Positions 1 to 11,485 of a DNA stretch of 64,000 nt are shown here, piece by piece. The translations under genes were made by a program, and so were the position numbers. This stretch comes from Dictyostelium discoideum (Eukaryota). The number at the start of each line of letters is the position of its first letter. Within the stretch, counting starts at the first letter, position 1. The stretch lies in assembly GCA_000004695.1 (NCBI GenBank), contig CM000154.2, forward strand, positions 4,864,001 through 4,928,000, in the 5' to 3' direction. Below the pieces are notes generated by a model. That model was not told the origin of the DNA. It was given only the letters and a program-made list of their open reading frames with translations, and ran no database searches.

Positions 1-1155
1 AACAATTTTTACTACATGATGGATTATTTAATACAGGTTCTAAATTAAACTTTTGATTTTTTAACATTGTTGAACTAACTTCAACATTTGTATTATTCCA
101 ACTCCAAAAACTTTTAAATTTATCTAAATAAAAATAAAAATAAAAGGTATTAATTATTTATTTATTATTTATTTATTAATTAATTATATAATTAAAACAC
201 AACATACCTAAAAAACCAATTTTATTATTTTCAAATGTAATAATTTTAAAATAATTTGAATCAGTTAATTCTGATGATAAAGGTATTGTTTTAATGAATT
301 TATTACCAATATCCCATGCATTAGTAGACCCTTCTGAACTTATATAATTACCAGAAGACATTGATTTAATCGTTACAAGTTGATTACCATATTGAATTGA
401 TGAACAAAAATTACTATTATCTACATTATTATTATTACTATTATTAAAATCATCATTATTATTATTATTTGGATACAATATTTCCATATTAAAATTATTT
501 TTATTATCACAAACTTTATTAAAATTTGAAAATATAAAAAAAAATGGTGATTTCCTATATATAATAAATAAATAATAAATATTAGTTTTTATATATATAT
601 ATTATATAATATATTATATAATAATATGTTACTTTACCTATTTACAAAAATTAAAGAATTAAAAGTAACTTGTTTTGAAATTGAATTTAAATTTTCAACT
701 AAATAAGAATTATTTGTAGTTGGTTGTATTGAATATAAATCAGTTCTATTTAGATGAACTATATTGAACCTGTATGGATTTAGAAATGGGTCTGTTAGAG
801 TTGCAATGGTTTGTTTATTTGTACCCCATCTTAGAAAAAAGTATTCATATCCTATATCAGACGGTATTAATTGGTTAAAGATTAATGAAAACTCTTTTTT
901 ACCATCGACACTACCAGATGCTGTTGTTGATCCGATACTACTAACTATACCATAATTGGTTTTAATTGTTATATATTCATCTCTAATTTGTTCCATTTGA
1001 CAGTACGATACTGTTCCACTACCACTACCACCATCTTCTATATTCTTTATTATTATTACACCATTACTTTCATCACACCGTATTTGAATAATAAATTTTA
1101 AAAAAATTAAAATTAAAAATGATAATAAAAATTGAAATTGCTGTCTTTGTGACAT
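1..1155 (-). CDS. Partial gene (3' end runs off the window start) for a secreted protein of unknown function. Proposed exons 1155..638, 554..208, 123..<1.
   Basis: ATG at 1155 (rc of cat 1153-1155). N-terminal hydrophobic signal peptide (MSQRQQFQFLLSFLILIFLKFIIQIRC). GTAAAG donor after 638 (phase 2) and acceptor tatatag before 554 keep the frame into the 176..487 ORF. GTATGT donor after 208 (phase 1), acceptor tttatttag before 123, with the open frame continuing to position 1. Asn-rich low-complexity segment. Confidence 0.5.
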
Positions 1156-1935
1156 TTAATTTTAATTTTATTTTATTTTCAATTTTTTTAAATTTTATTT
1201 TATTATTTTTTTATTTTATTTTTATTTTATTTTTATTTTTATTTTTATTTTATTTTTATTTTTATTTTAATATTTATTAATTTATTTGAAAATTATTTTA
1301 TTTTATTTTATTATCTTAATATTTATTAATTTATTATTTTGATTGGAGAAGTGTGTGATGAAAAAAAATAAAAATAAAAATAAAAATGGTGAAAAAAAAA
1401 GTTGAGGAGAGAGGTGGTTAAAAATTTTATTATGAAAACGAACCAAATTAAAAAAAAAAAAAAAAAATTTTATTTGTTGGGTGGCCAATCTCGTGATTTT
1501 AAAAAGTGGTTGGACCTTGAGGGCCAAAAAAAAAAAAAAAAAAAATAAAAAAAATTAAAAAAATTTATTTTTGGTTTTGCAGAGATATTTTCGAAAAAAA
1601 AGGGCTGAAAAAAAAAAAAATTAAAAAAACGCTCTGACCAGCATCGCATAAAATTTTTAAGTTTTTTTTTTTTTTTTTTTTTTCATTATTATTAGTTTAA
1701 TTTTTTTTTTTTTTTTTTCTTATATCATCTATGTTCTATGAATAAAAAAAATTAAAATAATACTTTTTTTTTTTTTTATTATTTTTATTTTTTTTTTTTT
1801 TGTGTAGTTTTCCAACTTTTTTAAAAAATACCAAAAAAAAAAAAAAAAAAGTGATTAAAAAAAAAAATTGGAAAATTATTATTATAATTTAATTATTAAT
1901 AATTTATTTATTTATTTATTTAATTAATTAATTAA

Positions 1936-2638
1936 TTAATTATTACAAATTGTAATTGAATTTGAGAACCAACCACATTTTGATTCTAATGGGTAAGTGT
2001 GTGACATTGATGGAGTACCGTTACAACCTGGAGAATTAAAGATTTGTTGAGTTAAAGTAGTAGAGTTACAAACAACATTGAATGATAATTGATTATTTGG
2101 GTCTTTAGAATCAACACAAACGTCAACAGTATTGTAGAATACATTACTAATATCATTCTTCCAAGTGGTAGAGTTACATTGACCAGTGTAATCAAATCTA
2201 ACTAAAGCATTAGTTGGAATATCATAAGTGGCAACACATGAAGCAGTCATTGAAATATTATGTCTATCAGTTGCACAAGTATTGGCAGTGAAATTCCAAA
2301 CATTTTGAACTCTTCCTATAAAATCAAATTTAATAAAAATAAAAAATTAATACAAAATTTTAAAAAAATAAATATATTACTATTATATTTAAAATATTAA
2401 TAATAATGATTTTACCTTTGCAATCACCTCTATGATCATATTCAGTTACAAAGATGGTATTACCATCTGGTGAACATGAGAAGGTGGTATCAAAATCACA
2501 AAAGTTTTCTTCAATGAATTGACCATCAGTGACTACATTTGAACTACAATCACCATCGAATCTTTGTACATTAACAAATGAACAATAAGCAAAATTAACA
2601 ATTGTTAATAATAAAATAATTGATAATAATAATTTCAT
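1936..2638 (-). CDS. Small secreted cysteine-rich protein (~200 aa). Exons 2638..2416 and 2315..1936.
   Basis: ATG at 2638 and signal peptide MKLLLSIILLLTIVNFAYC. GTAAAA donor (phase 1) after 2416, acceptor ttttatag before 2315, frame preserved to TAA at 1936. About 14 Cys and several N-glycosylation sequons. Resembles ponticulin-like/Cys-rich surface proteins, but the family is not assigned. Confidence 0.55.
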
Positions 2639-3137
2639 TTTTCTTTTTTTATTTAAAATTAATAATAATAAATAATAATAATAAAAAAAAAAAACTTTTT
2701 TTATACCCTTTTTTTTTTTAAAATATTTAATTTTAATTTTATTTTAATTTTATTTTATTTTATTTTATTTTAGATTTTATTAAAATTTTGTTTAACAAAA
2801 TTTCAAAGATGTACAAAAAAAAAAAAATCTAAAAAAAAAAAAAAAAAGAAAAATTGTACAATTGGTATGAAAGTTTTGGAAATATGTACAATGTATTTAA
2901 GAGTACCAAAAAAAAAAACAATTAAAAAACTTGATCAAAAAAAAGATTAATTAAAAAAAAAAAAAAAAATAGTGAAATTAAAAATATCTGTCAAATTTTT
3001 GGCTTACACAAAATAAAATTTGGAAAATAAAAATAAAAAAAAAAAAAAAAATAAAAAAATATCTTCCATCCTTTACAATTGACAAACACAATTCCTTTTA
3101 TTTATATTATTTATATATTATATTATATTATATTATA

Positions 3138-3423
3138 TTATTTTTCTATGTTTTTTTTAACCTCATCGCTATTATTATTATTCTTATTATTATTATTATT
3201 ATTATCTTCATTAACACTATTAGTAGTGTTTTTATTATTTATTACTCTTGAAAATGTATCAATAATTGAAGTTGGTACAAAAATAAATGATTTTGAAGGA
3301 TCTTTTGAAATTGATTCGATAGATTCTAATTCACGTAATCTCATTGCAAATGGTGATTTTTCAAGTTCACTAGCTGCTTCTACTAACTAAAAAAAAAAAA
3401 AAAAAAAAAAGTTAATGGAATGC

Positions 3424-3463
<40 letters not shown>

Positions 3464-4142
3464 ATAAAAAATAATAATTTACTATTTTTGAAGAAATTAA
3501 TTCAGATTGAGCTAAAAGTAGTCTTGAATCTTTTATAAATTCAGCTTCAACTTTTTTTGACATTGCATTTGAAACATCTTGAGTGAAAATTATGTCACTT
3601 AGAGTGAAAGATTCCAAATTGATTCCCCAAGATTCAAAAGTTTCATTAACCGAATCGACCAATTCTTTATTGAAACCATCACGTTCATATAGTAATTGAG
3701 CCAATGTTTTCTTTGGCACCATTTCAATTAACTTGATTTGAACTAAATTTTCAATTGATTCATCATGATCTTTTAAATCTTGAACTAGTTTCAATGGATC
3801 AACTACTTTGTATTGTATAATTGAATCAATTGATAAAACAACACCATCTAATGTTACCAAAGTTTGTTTTGGTAAATGTTGAGTACTAGATCTTGTATCG
3901 AATAATTCAATATCATGAATTAATGGTACCATTAATCTTAAACCCGGTCCAAGTATTTTTTTACCAATTTTACCAAACGTATATCTAACACCTAATTCAT
4001 TTTGTTCAATTTTTGTAAAAAATTCCCTTTTTTGTTGATTTATTGTATACAAATTAATTTGTCTAAAAATATTTTCATTTCTTTTATTTATTAAATTTTT
4101 TCCCGAAATTGAAATTTTATTTATAAATCTATTTATAAACAT
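3138..4142 (-). CDS. SPFH/band-7 (stomatin/prohibitin-like) domain protein. Exons 4142..3483 and 3386..3138.
   Basis: ATG at 4142. Segment LRLMVPLIHDIELFDTRSS...VTLDGVVLSIDSIIQYKVVDP...AQLLYERD...MSKKVEAEF is typical of the SPFH fold. GTAAAT donor after 3483 (phase 0), acceptor [16 protein letters not shown] 3386. Second exon encodes a charged/coiled C-terminal tail (LVEAASELEKSPFAMRLRELESIESI...) ending at TAA 3138. Confidence 0.7.
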
Positions 4143-4281
4143 TTTTTTTATCTATCTATATATATTTTATTTATTATATTTTTTTTTTTTTGAAATTAAA
4201 TAAATGGAAAAAAAAAAAAAAAAATTGCACTCACCACACGAATAAATTTGGTTTCAAAAAAAATAAAAAATAAAAAATAAA

Positions 4282-4317
<36 letters not shown>

Positions 4318-4326
4318 ATAATTTCA

Positions 4327-4729
4327 ATGACACAAACAACAGAAGTAAAATTATCATTTAAAGAAATGCAAGAAATAAAAGATTTAACTTTACCACCATT
4401 CTTTCCAGCTGTAACTTCACAATGTAAAGAAAAAGCTGCAACTTTTTTCATTTGCATTGAAGAAAAGATGGTTAATATTAATGCTGAAGTAAGTTACTCC
4501 TCCCACCTTTAACACCACCCATAAAAAAAAAAAAAAAACAAGAAAAAAGTAAAAACTTTTAAAAAAAAAAAAAAAACAAATATATAGGTACTAATTAAAA
4601 ATATTAATCTTTATAAAGGATACTCAAGGTGCTAAAAGAGGTTTATCTCAATGTGAAAGTCAATTAAAAGAATACACAAAATGTATGATGGAGTCATTAC
4701 AAAAAGGTGACAGTATTGGATTTTTATAA
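4327..4729 (+). CDS. Twin Cx9C (CHCH-domain) small protein (~90 aa), probable mitochondrial intermembrane-space protein. Exons 4327..4488 and 4619..4729.
   Basis: ATG 4327. GTAAGT donor at 4489 (phase 0), acceptor aaag ending 4618. Two C-x9-C pairs (CKEKAATFFIC and CESQLKEYTKC) spaced as in CHCH proteins. Stop TAA 4727-4729. Confidence 0.6.
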
Positions 4730-5038
4730 ACATACTAAAATTAATAATATAATAATAATTTAAATCGAATAAATAAATATAATTTGTAAATATCGCTATA
4801 ATCTGTTTTATAAGATTTTTTTTTTTTTTTTTTTTTTATATGTTTTTAAAATTTTATATTATATTTGGGGTTTTGGTTTTTTTTTTTTTTTTTTTTTTTT
4901 ATATACAAATAAAATGAATTATATTTGTATTATTATTATTGTTGTTGTTATTATTATTTAGTTTGTTGTTTTTTTTTTTTTTTTTAGATATTATTATTAT
5001 TATTATTATTAATTAAAATTTTCTTTTTTTTTTTTTTT

Positions 5039-6820
5039 TTACAATTTAAGTTGTGATTGAACTGATTCGATAGTTGGAGCATCAGAGACATCACCAACAA
5101 CAACGAGGGTTGGTTTTTTGGAGGTCATTTTCTTGGCAACTCTTTTAATATCTTCAGAGGTAACTTTAGAGATTTCTTCAGCAAATTCAGCTGGAGTTAA
5201 AACTTTGTCGGTATAGATAGCTTGTTTACCAATGAATTCGAGGGCAGAGGTTCTGCTTTCAGCTTGTTCTAAAACGCTTGATTTAGTGACAGCTTTAGCA
5301 CGTTCTAATTCTTGACCAGCAGTCTTTGAGGCAGCAACGATTTCAGAGGTAATTAATGAAACAGTCTTACCAACGGTAGCACCTTCAACTTCAGCAACAA
5401 CACCGAATAAACCAGAATCACCATAAGTTAAATTGAATGCTTCAGAATTAACAATATTTGAATTACTTTTAATAAAAAAAAAATAAAAAAAATAAAAGTT
5501 AAAATTATATTTCTAAATCAATTTAATAATTAATAATAATAATAATACAAACTTTTTAGTTAAACTGAATAATCTTGAGGTTCTACCATGACCTGGTGCA
5601 GTCTTTGGACAACCATTACCTAAGATTGATTGTAAAACTGAAAAGGCAGCAACATCTTTAATGTTTGATTGAGCAGTACCTTCAAAAGCAAGAACAACTT
5701 TAGAGTTACCACTTGAATATTTAAGTGATTCACCACCAATATATTGAGCAGTTTCCTAAAATAAACAATATCATCATATTATTATTTTATTCTATTTTAT
5801 TATATATGATCATTATTATTATTATTATTATTAAAAAAAACTTACATTTGAAATTGAAGTTGATGATTCATCATTACCAAAAGTAACTTTTTCAGCTTCT
5901 TCAATTAATTCATTATGTGAAAGACCAACACCAACCAAGATCATATTTGATGGTTTGTAAGTTGAATTTACCCAATTGGTGACGGCATCTTTGGTGATGT
6001 TACCTAAATTGCAAATTGGTGCAACTAATGGACGACCAAGGGTTTTACCACGAAAAGCAGTTTGATGAACAGATTCAAAGATTGAAGAGTATGAATCGTG
6101 ATTGTAGGCTTCAGATTCTTTAACGATGATTTCGGTGACATCACGAACCTCGTGGTATGGAAGGGTTGGTTTGGTGATGTTTGCTAAATTATTCAACATT
6201 TGAAGTGAACGGTTTGGTAAGGTTTGAAGTGCAATCAATAAATTGTCACGTGATGCTTGAGCGAATGCAGTTGAACCAGAGACTTCAATGTCTCTTTGTA
6301 CTTCAATTCCTAATTTGTTGGTGTTTGATTCAAATGCTAATCCCTTAAGAACTTGATTTAAACCTGCAGTCTCTTGTGTTTCATTTCTGCTACCTGTCTT
6401 TATGTAAAGACCTAATGATACTGCTGGTCCTGTATATCCACCAACTAAACTAACTACTTTTAATCCATTTGAAAGTGTTGTTGATTCAACAATTCTTTTA
6501 CTTTCTTGAAATATTGATGTAGTGTACTATTTATATAAATAATATAAAATTAATATTAATATTAATATTTATTTATATAAATATATAAAGTGAAAAAAAA
6601 ATAAAATAAAATGAAAAAAAAAAAAAATCGTTGTGTGTTGTGTGTGTTTTTTTTTTTTTTTTTTTCATAGCGTTTTTTATTTTATTATTTTTTTTTATTT
6701 TTTTATTTTTTTTATTTTTTATTATTATTGTTCTTTTTCCAAAATTGATTTTTTTATTTTTTATTTTTTTATTTTAATTATGATAGATCATACATTTCTA
6801 GCAATGAATCTTCCGATCAT
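5039..6820 (-). CDS. M16 (pitrilysin) family protein lacking the HxxEH zinc motif: cytochrome bc1 core subunit / MPP-alpha-like (~445 aa). Exons (6820..6794 tentative), 6526..5846, 5755..5553, 5465..5039.
   Basis: Main exon starts immediately after an in-frame TAG with acceptor aaatag (no ATG in frame), so a first micro-exon is required. ATGATCGGAAGATTCATTGCTAGAAAT|GTATGA at 6820..6794 is phase-compatible (MIGRFIARN looks like a presequence). M16 features: TTLSNGLKVVS near the N-terminus, GLNQVLKGLAFES in place of HFLEHMAF (inactive), LIALQTLP. GTAAGT donor after 5846. Acceptor ttattttag before 5755. Donor AA|GTTTGT after 5553 (phase 2). Acceptor ttattaaaag before 5465. TAA at 5039-5041. Confidence 0.65.
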
Positions 6821-7783
6821 TTTGTATTATATTCTCTTAAATTGTTTATTATTGATAATGAATAATATAAAAAATTTGAAGTGAAAAAAAAAAATGTGAT
6901 GAAAAAAAAAAAAAAAAAATTAAAAAAATAAAAAAAAAATAAAATTGAAAAAAAAAAAAAAAAAAAAAATTTAAAAAAAAAAAAAAAAAACCAAAAAAAT
7001 TTTTATTCTTACAAAAAATTGAAGTTCTGATTGATTTAAATAATATTACCAATAAATAAAAAAAAAATTTTAAAACAAAAAATCAAAACAATTTTTCTAT
7101 TTTTAGAGTAACTTTTTTTTTTTTTTTTTTTTCTTTTTCTCAACTCTTTAGTATTATAAAATTAAAAAAATAAAATTGATTCAATAAAAAAAAAATAAAA
7201 AAAAAAATAAAAAAATAATATAAAATAATCAATTATTGACAAAAAACATTCAAATCTTACACAAAACAAAAAAAAATTATTGATATTATTTTATTTATTT
7301 TTAGTATAGATAAATAGAACACAAAAACACACAAAATGGTAAATAAAAAATAAAAAAAATATTAATATTTCTATTTTTTTTAATTTTTTTTTTTTTTTTT
7401 TTTTTATTTTTAAAATTTCGTTGTTTTTCATCCAAAAAAAAAAATAATTTAAATTTTAGTTTTAAAAAAAAAAAAAAAAAAACACAAAATATACCCCCTC
7501 CTATTTTTTTCTTGTGGATAAAATCATAACAAAATTACTCAAATGTATAGTCATTCTCAAATACCCACTACTAGAACTTTCTAAAAATCTCACTTCAAAC
7601 AATTCTTTAAGAAACAAAATTTTGAAACCAAAAGACACCAGAGGTGACCATTTTATATAAAGGTGGGCCACCTCCCCATTCAATATTCAAGTACCTCCTC
7701 TAAAAAATGCAAATGTCAACCAAATTGCAAAATTCAAACAAGATATGAATGACAACATATTGTTGTGGTATACCTATAAATCC

Positions 7784-7814
<31 letters not shown>

Positions 7815-7833
7815 AATTTATCATAAAGTACCT

Positions 7834-8074
7834 TGGAACTCTTGAAGGGAAATTTCTTTTTTCTTTTACTCTTGACGGATATGGTTTTCTCGACAGACAT
7901 AGCATTGGGCATATAAATAAATAAATAAATCACAAAAACAACCATTGTGAGCTATTTAATTGTATGTTATGTGGATTGGTTACTCCAATGCATGACTTAT
8001 GCCCAATGCTTAGATGTAGAGGAAACCTCTCCTTCAAGATTAAAAACAAAAAGAAATTTCCTTCAAGAATTCCA
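7834..8074. mobile_element. MITE-like element candidate: ~240 bp bounded by ~28-bp terminal inverted repeats, with a second nested inverted-repeat pair.
   Basis: Left end tggaactcttgaagggaaatttctttttt (7834..) and right end aaaaacaaaaagaaatttccttcaagaattcca (..8074) are reverse complements with 2 mismatches. Inner pair agcattgggcatataa (7901-7916) and ttatgcccaatgct (7997-8010). About 35-40% GC interior in a >85% AT intergenic region. No convincing ORF. Confidence 0.3.
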
Positions 8075-8337
8075 TTTTTGTTATTATTTATCATTTAATA
8101 TATTAAAAAAAAAAAAAAAATTAAAATAAAAAAAAAAAAAAAAAAAAAAAAATCTTATTTTAATATTTTCTCCTATTTTCAATATTTAATTATTTATCAT
8201 TCATTTTTGTAATTATTTTTTTTTTATTTTAAAGAACCAAGAGCGGGGAATATTTTACATTAAAAAAAAATAAAAAAATTGAAGTTCTGGTTAGTTTTTT
8301 TATTTTTTTAACACTACTATTATTTATTTGTATTTAT

Positions 8338-11094
8338 TTATTTGTATTTATTTGTATTTGAAACAATTTTTATAATATTTCTATCAACTTTATCTTGAAT
8401 AAAATCTTTATATCTATTAAATTGATTAATTTTGTTACAAAGTGTTGTATAATTTTTTTGAGATATTGTTAAATTGAATTTTGATTTAATATCTTGATCA
8501 ATTGTATCATTATTTTCAAAATCATCTAATAATAATTTTACAACCAATAGAGGATAGCTTCTTTCAATGATATTTTTTAAACTGAAAAAATAATTCTCCA
8601 TTGGTTTATAATCCATTTGAATATTTTGAGATTTTAATTTCAAATATAAAAAAACTGCAGTTTTATGATCTAAATCTTGGAATCTAACTGGTTGAATGAA
8701 TTCCAACTCATTTTTAAAATCAACATTATTTATCAAATAAAATGTTAAATAATTTGATTTCCATAAGTCAATATAGGAATAATTGTAAATAAATTTAGCT
8801 TTTAATTTTAATGAGAAATATTTAACCATATATTTTATAGTTGTAATATCTATACAATCTGATAATAAATCATCATTAATATCACCAATCCCATTATCAA
8901 AAAGGTATTGTAAAAATTGAATATCACCACTACCACTACCACTACCACCACCATTACCATTATCACCTTTATTATTATTATGATTATTATAACAAATATC
9001 TCTAACTACTGATTTACTAATATCATCTGAATCCCAAGTAAATAATGATTTATGATTTTCAAAATAATATTTAAATAATTTTTTATTATTTAATAAACAA
9101 TGTGCTGAAAATCTCCTTTGATTCGAGTTGATTATGTTGGCTAATCGATTAGCATGTTTTTTAATTTTAAATTGTGTATTTTTTGGATTTATAATATGGC
9201 TTATTAACATTGGATTTGTGAAATTTGTATTTGTAATTGCAATTTTCAAAAACTCTAATTGAGTTTTAATATCAACTCTATCATGATTAAATAAAGGTTG
9301 ACCATCGATTTTGATTTTATGATCTTTATTCATTTTCAATAATTCACAATCTCCATAGTAACATGCTACTCTTACTAAATTATCACCACCTGATGAACAA
9401 GATGGTGGATAAGTTTTTATTAAATCGTATTCCTTATACTCTGAAATGAATTGATAAATCAATGATTCTAAATCATAATTATAAAATCCTTTTTCACTCT
9501 TTGCAAACCAATCAAAATAAAATACTCTTTTAATTTCTCTAACTAATTCAAAATCTTCATAATCAATTTCAGTAAATTCCGTTTCGTCAAAATAAATATA
9601 CTCTTCATTTTCATCTTCTTCTTCATTTTCAACATTATTATTTTTAATAGTATTATTATTATTATTATTAAAAAATGAATAAATATATGATACTGCATCG
9701 TAAATTAAATAAACAATTTTATCATTAGCTGTTGGTGGTGGTGGTGGAGGTGGTGGAGGTGGTGGTGTTGTTGGTGTTGTTGGTGTTGGTTTTATAATAG
9801 CTAAATTATAAATTGAATTTACTTTTTTAGTTGTTTGATTTTCTTTTAAAATATCAGTTTTTTTTAAAATATGTTTGAATGGGGTTTGAATATTTCTATT
9901 TTCATTATATTCTATTAAATGTTCAACTTTTTTAAAAAGTAATGAAGAGATTTGTTTTTCTTTTTTACTAGTTCTATGTGACACTGATAAAACTAGTAAT
10001 GCTGTTAAAATATAATCAATTTGATATTTTTCAAGCACAGATTTTGTTTTGTGGCTTTTGTCAATACAACGACCGTAATTGAAATCTAAATAACTAGCGA
10101 TAGTGCTATAGTTAGCACAACCACTGCCATAATGGTCAAGATAGTTATCAAGTAAATTGTAACTTAGGAAAATATTATTTAAAACTGAAAATGAATTATA
10201 ACCATTGAATTGCAATAATGGAATGTTATAATCATTATATAAACGTTTAAATAATTGGTGATCTAATCTCATCAAATTTTCAAAATATATTTCAAAACTA
10301 CCAGTAAATGAAATTGGTGGTACGAATCCAATTTCATCCAATAGAAATCTAATTAATTCACATCTCTTATTTGAACATAACGCATTATAAAATGCTTTCA
10401 TTGGATCTTTTACCATAATTCCAAGTTCATAATAAATGAATTTAATAATTTTTAAATCACATTTACCTAATGATTTATCAAATAAATCATCATTATTAAT
10501 TCTAAGTTCTTCTATTGTTGTTGTTGTTGTTGTTGTTGTTGTTTTTGTTGTTGCTGAAGTTGAAGTTGAAGAGGAAGTTGAAGAAGAGGAAGTTGATGAT
10601 GGATTGACGGTACCATAATTTTCAAATATAAATTTTAATAAATCTAAATTAGAAGTATCTAATGAAGTTTTAATTAATTCTTGTGTAAGTTTATTTGTAC
10701 TTAATAAAATTGATTTATTTGTATTTAATAATTGATTTAAAATTATTGACGATTCTTCTTTATTTAATGATAGATTATAATGATTATAATAATTATTATT
10801 AAAAAAATAAATAAATGATGTAATAGATTTTGAATCAATTTGATCAAATTTTTCATTTCTTTTAATTTTATATAATAATAATTCTCTTGCATGCTTTAAA
10901 CACCATTCAAAACCTGCTTGATCATATTTTTTAATTTTAAAACAATCTTCTGAATATGATCTACCACCATAAGAAATTTGTTCATTAAATTTATAAACAT
11001 AATCATATATATAATTTGATAAATATTTATTATTAAATACTGATTTATATAAACTATAAATATCTTTATTTTTATTTTTATTTAAATTATTCAT
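8338..11094 (-). CDS. Hypothetical protein, 918 aa, single exon, with poly-Thr, poly-Pro, poly-Asn and GSGSGSG low-complexity tracts.
   Basis: ATG at 11094 (rc of cat 11092-11094). Uninterrupted 2757-nt ORF. N-terminal SLYKSVFNNKYLSNYIYDYVYKF resembles the conserved N-terminus of a Dictyostelium-expanded family, but no domain can be named from the sequence alone. Confidence 0.55.
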   Translation of the reverse strand: MNNLNKNKNKDIYSLYKSVFNNKYLSNYIYDYVYKFNEQISYGGRSYSEDCFKIKKYDQAGFEWCLKHARELLLYKIKRNEKFDQIDSKSITSFIYFFNNNYYNHYNLSLNKEESSIILNQLLNTNKSILLSTNKLTQELIKTSLDTSNLDLLKFIFENYGTVNPSSTSSSSTSSSTSTSATTKTTTTTTTTTIEELRINNDDLFDKSLGKCDLKIIKFIYYELGIMVKDPMKAFYNALCSNKRCELIRFLLDEIGFVPPISFTGSFEIYFENLMRLDHQLFKRLYNDYNIPLLQFNGYNSFSVLNNIFLSYNLLDNYLDHYGSGCANYSTIASYLDFNYGRCIDKSHKTKSVLEKYQIDYILTALLVLSVSHRTSKKEKQISSLLFKKVEHLIEYNENRNIQTPFKHILKKTDILKENQTTKKVNSIYNLAIIKPTPTTPTTPPPPPPPPPPPTANDKIVYLIYDAVSYIYSFFNNNNNNTIKNNNVENEEEDENEEYIYFDETEFTEIDYEDFELVREIKRVFYFDWFAKSEKGFYNYDLESLIYQFISEYKEYDLIKTYPPSCSSGGDNLVRVACYYGDCELLKMNKDHKIKIDGQPLFNHDRVDIKTQLEFLKIAITNTNFTNPMLISHIINPKNTQFKIKKHANRLANIINSNQRRFSAHCLLNNKKLFKYYFENHKSLFTWDSDDISKSVVRDICYNNHNNNKGDNGNGGGSGSGSGDIQFLQYLFDNGIGDINDDLLSDCIDITTIKYMVKYFSLKLKAKFIYNYSYIDLWKSNYLTFYLINNVDFKNELEFIQPVRFQDLDHKTAVFLYLKLKSQNIQMDYKPMENYFFSLKNIIERSYPLLVVKLLLDDFENNDTIDQDIKSKFNLTISQKNYTTLCNKINQFNRYKDFIQDKVDRNIIKIVSNTNKYK

Positions 11095-11337
11095 TTTATT
11101 TTAATTTTTGTTTTTGTTTATCACTGAATTTTTTTTTTTTTTTTTTTTCACACACTTTATCACCATCAAAAAAAAAAAAAAAAAAATAAAGAAAAAAAAA
11201 TAAAAAGATATTTTTTTTTTTTATTTTTTATCAGAAAACATTTGGTGACAAAAATCTAGATATCCAAAATTACCTGAAAAACCACCTTTAAATGTTTATG
11301 TGTTATAAATAAAAAATATAAAAAAAAAACAACAAAA

Positions 11338-11375
<38 letters not shown>

Positions 11376-11485
11376 CAATTATAAAACAACAATATTTTTA
11401 TTTTATTAATTCTGTTACATTCTTTTTTTTTTTAATGATAAATAATTTTTTTTAATTTTTGTTATTATTGTTGTTGTTTATTTTT

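Noticed and set aside
5831-6238. ORF-track 'M' starts that are really TTG/GTG, e.g. 5831..6238, 24968, 43424, 58095
   Set aside because: Reverse-complementing the coordinates shows TTG, not ATG. A eukaryotic nuclear gene needs ATG, so upstream ATG exons were sought instead.
6633-7052. ORFs made of poly-F/poly-K (6633..6884, 6849..7052); similar cases at 1303..1527, 4254..4457, 20576..20782, 39497..39733, 44431..44631
   Set aside because: Translations of A/T homopolymer-rich intergenic or intronic DNA. No codon structure.
7501-7945. ORFs 7501..7683 and 7700..7945 (minus) in the GC-balanced block
   Set aside because: No ATG-initiated frame with coding periodicity. The region is better explained as a non-coding element (candidate small RNA / MITE-like).
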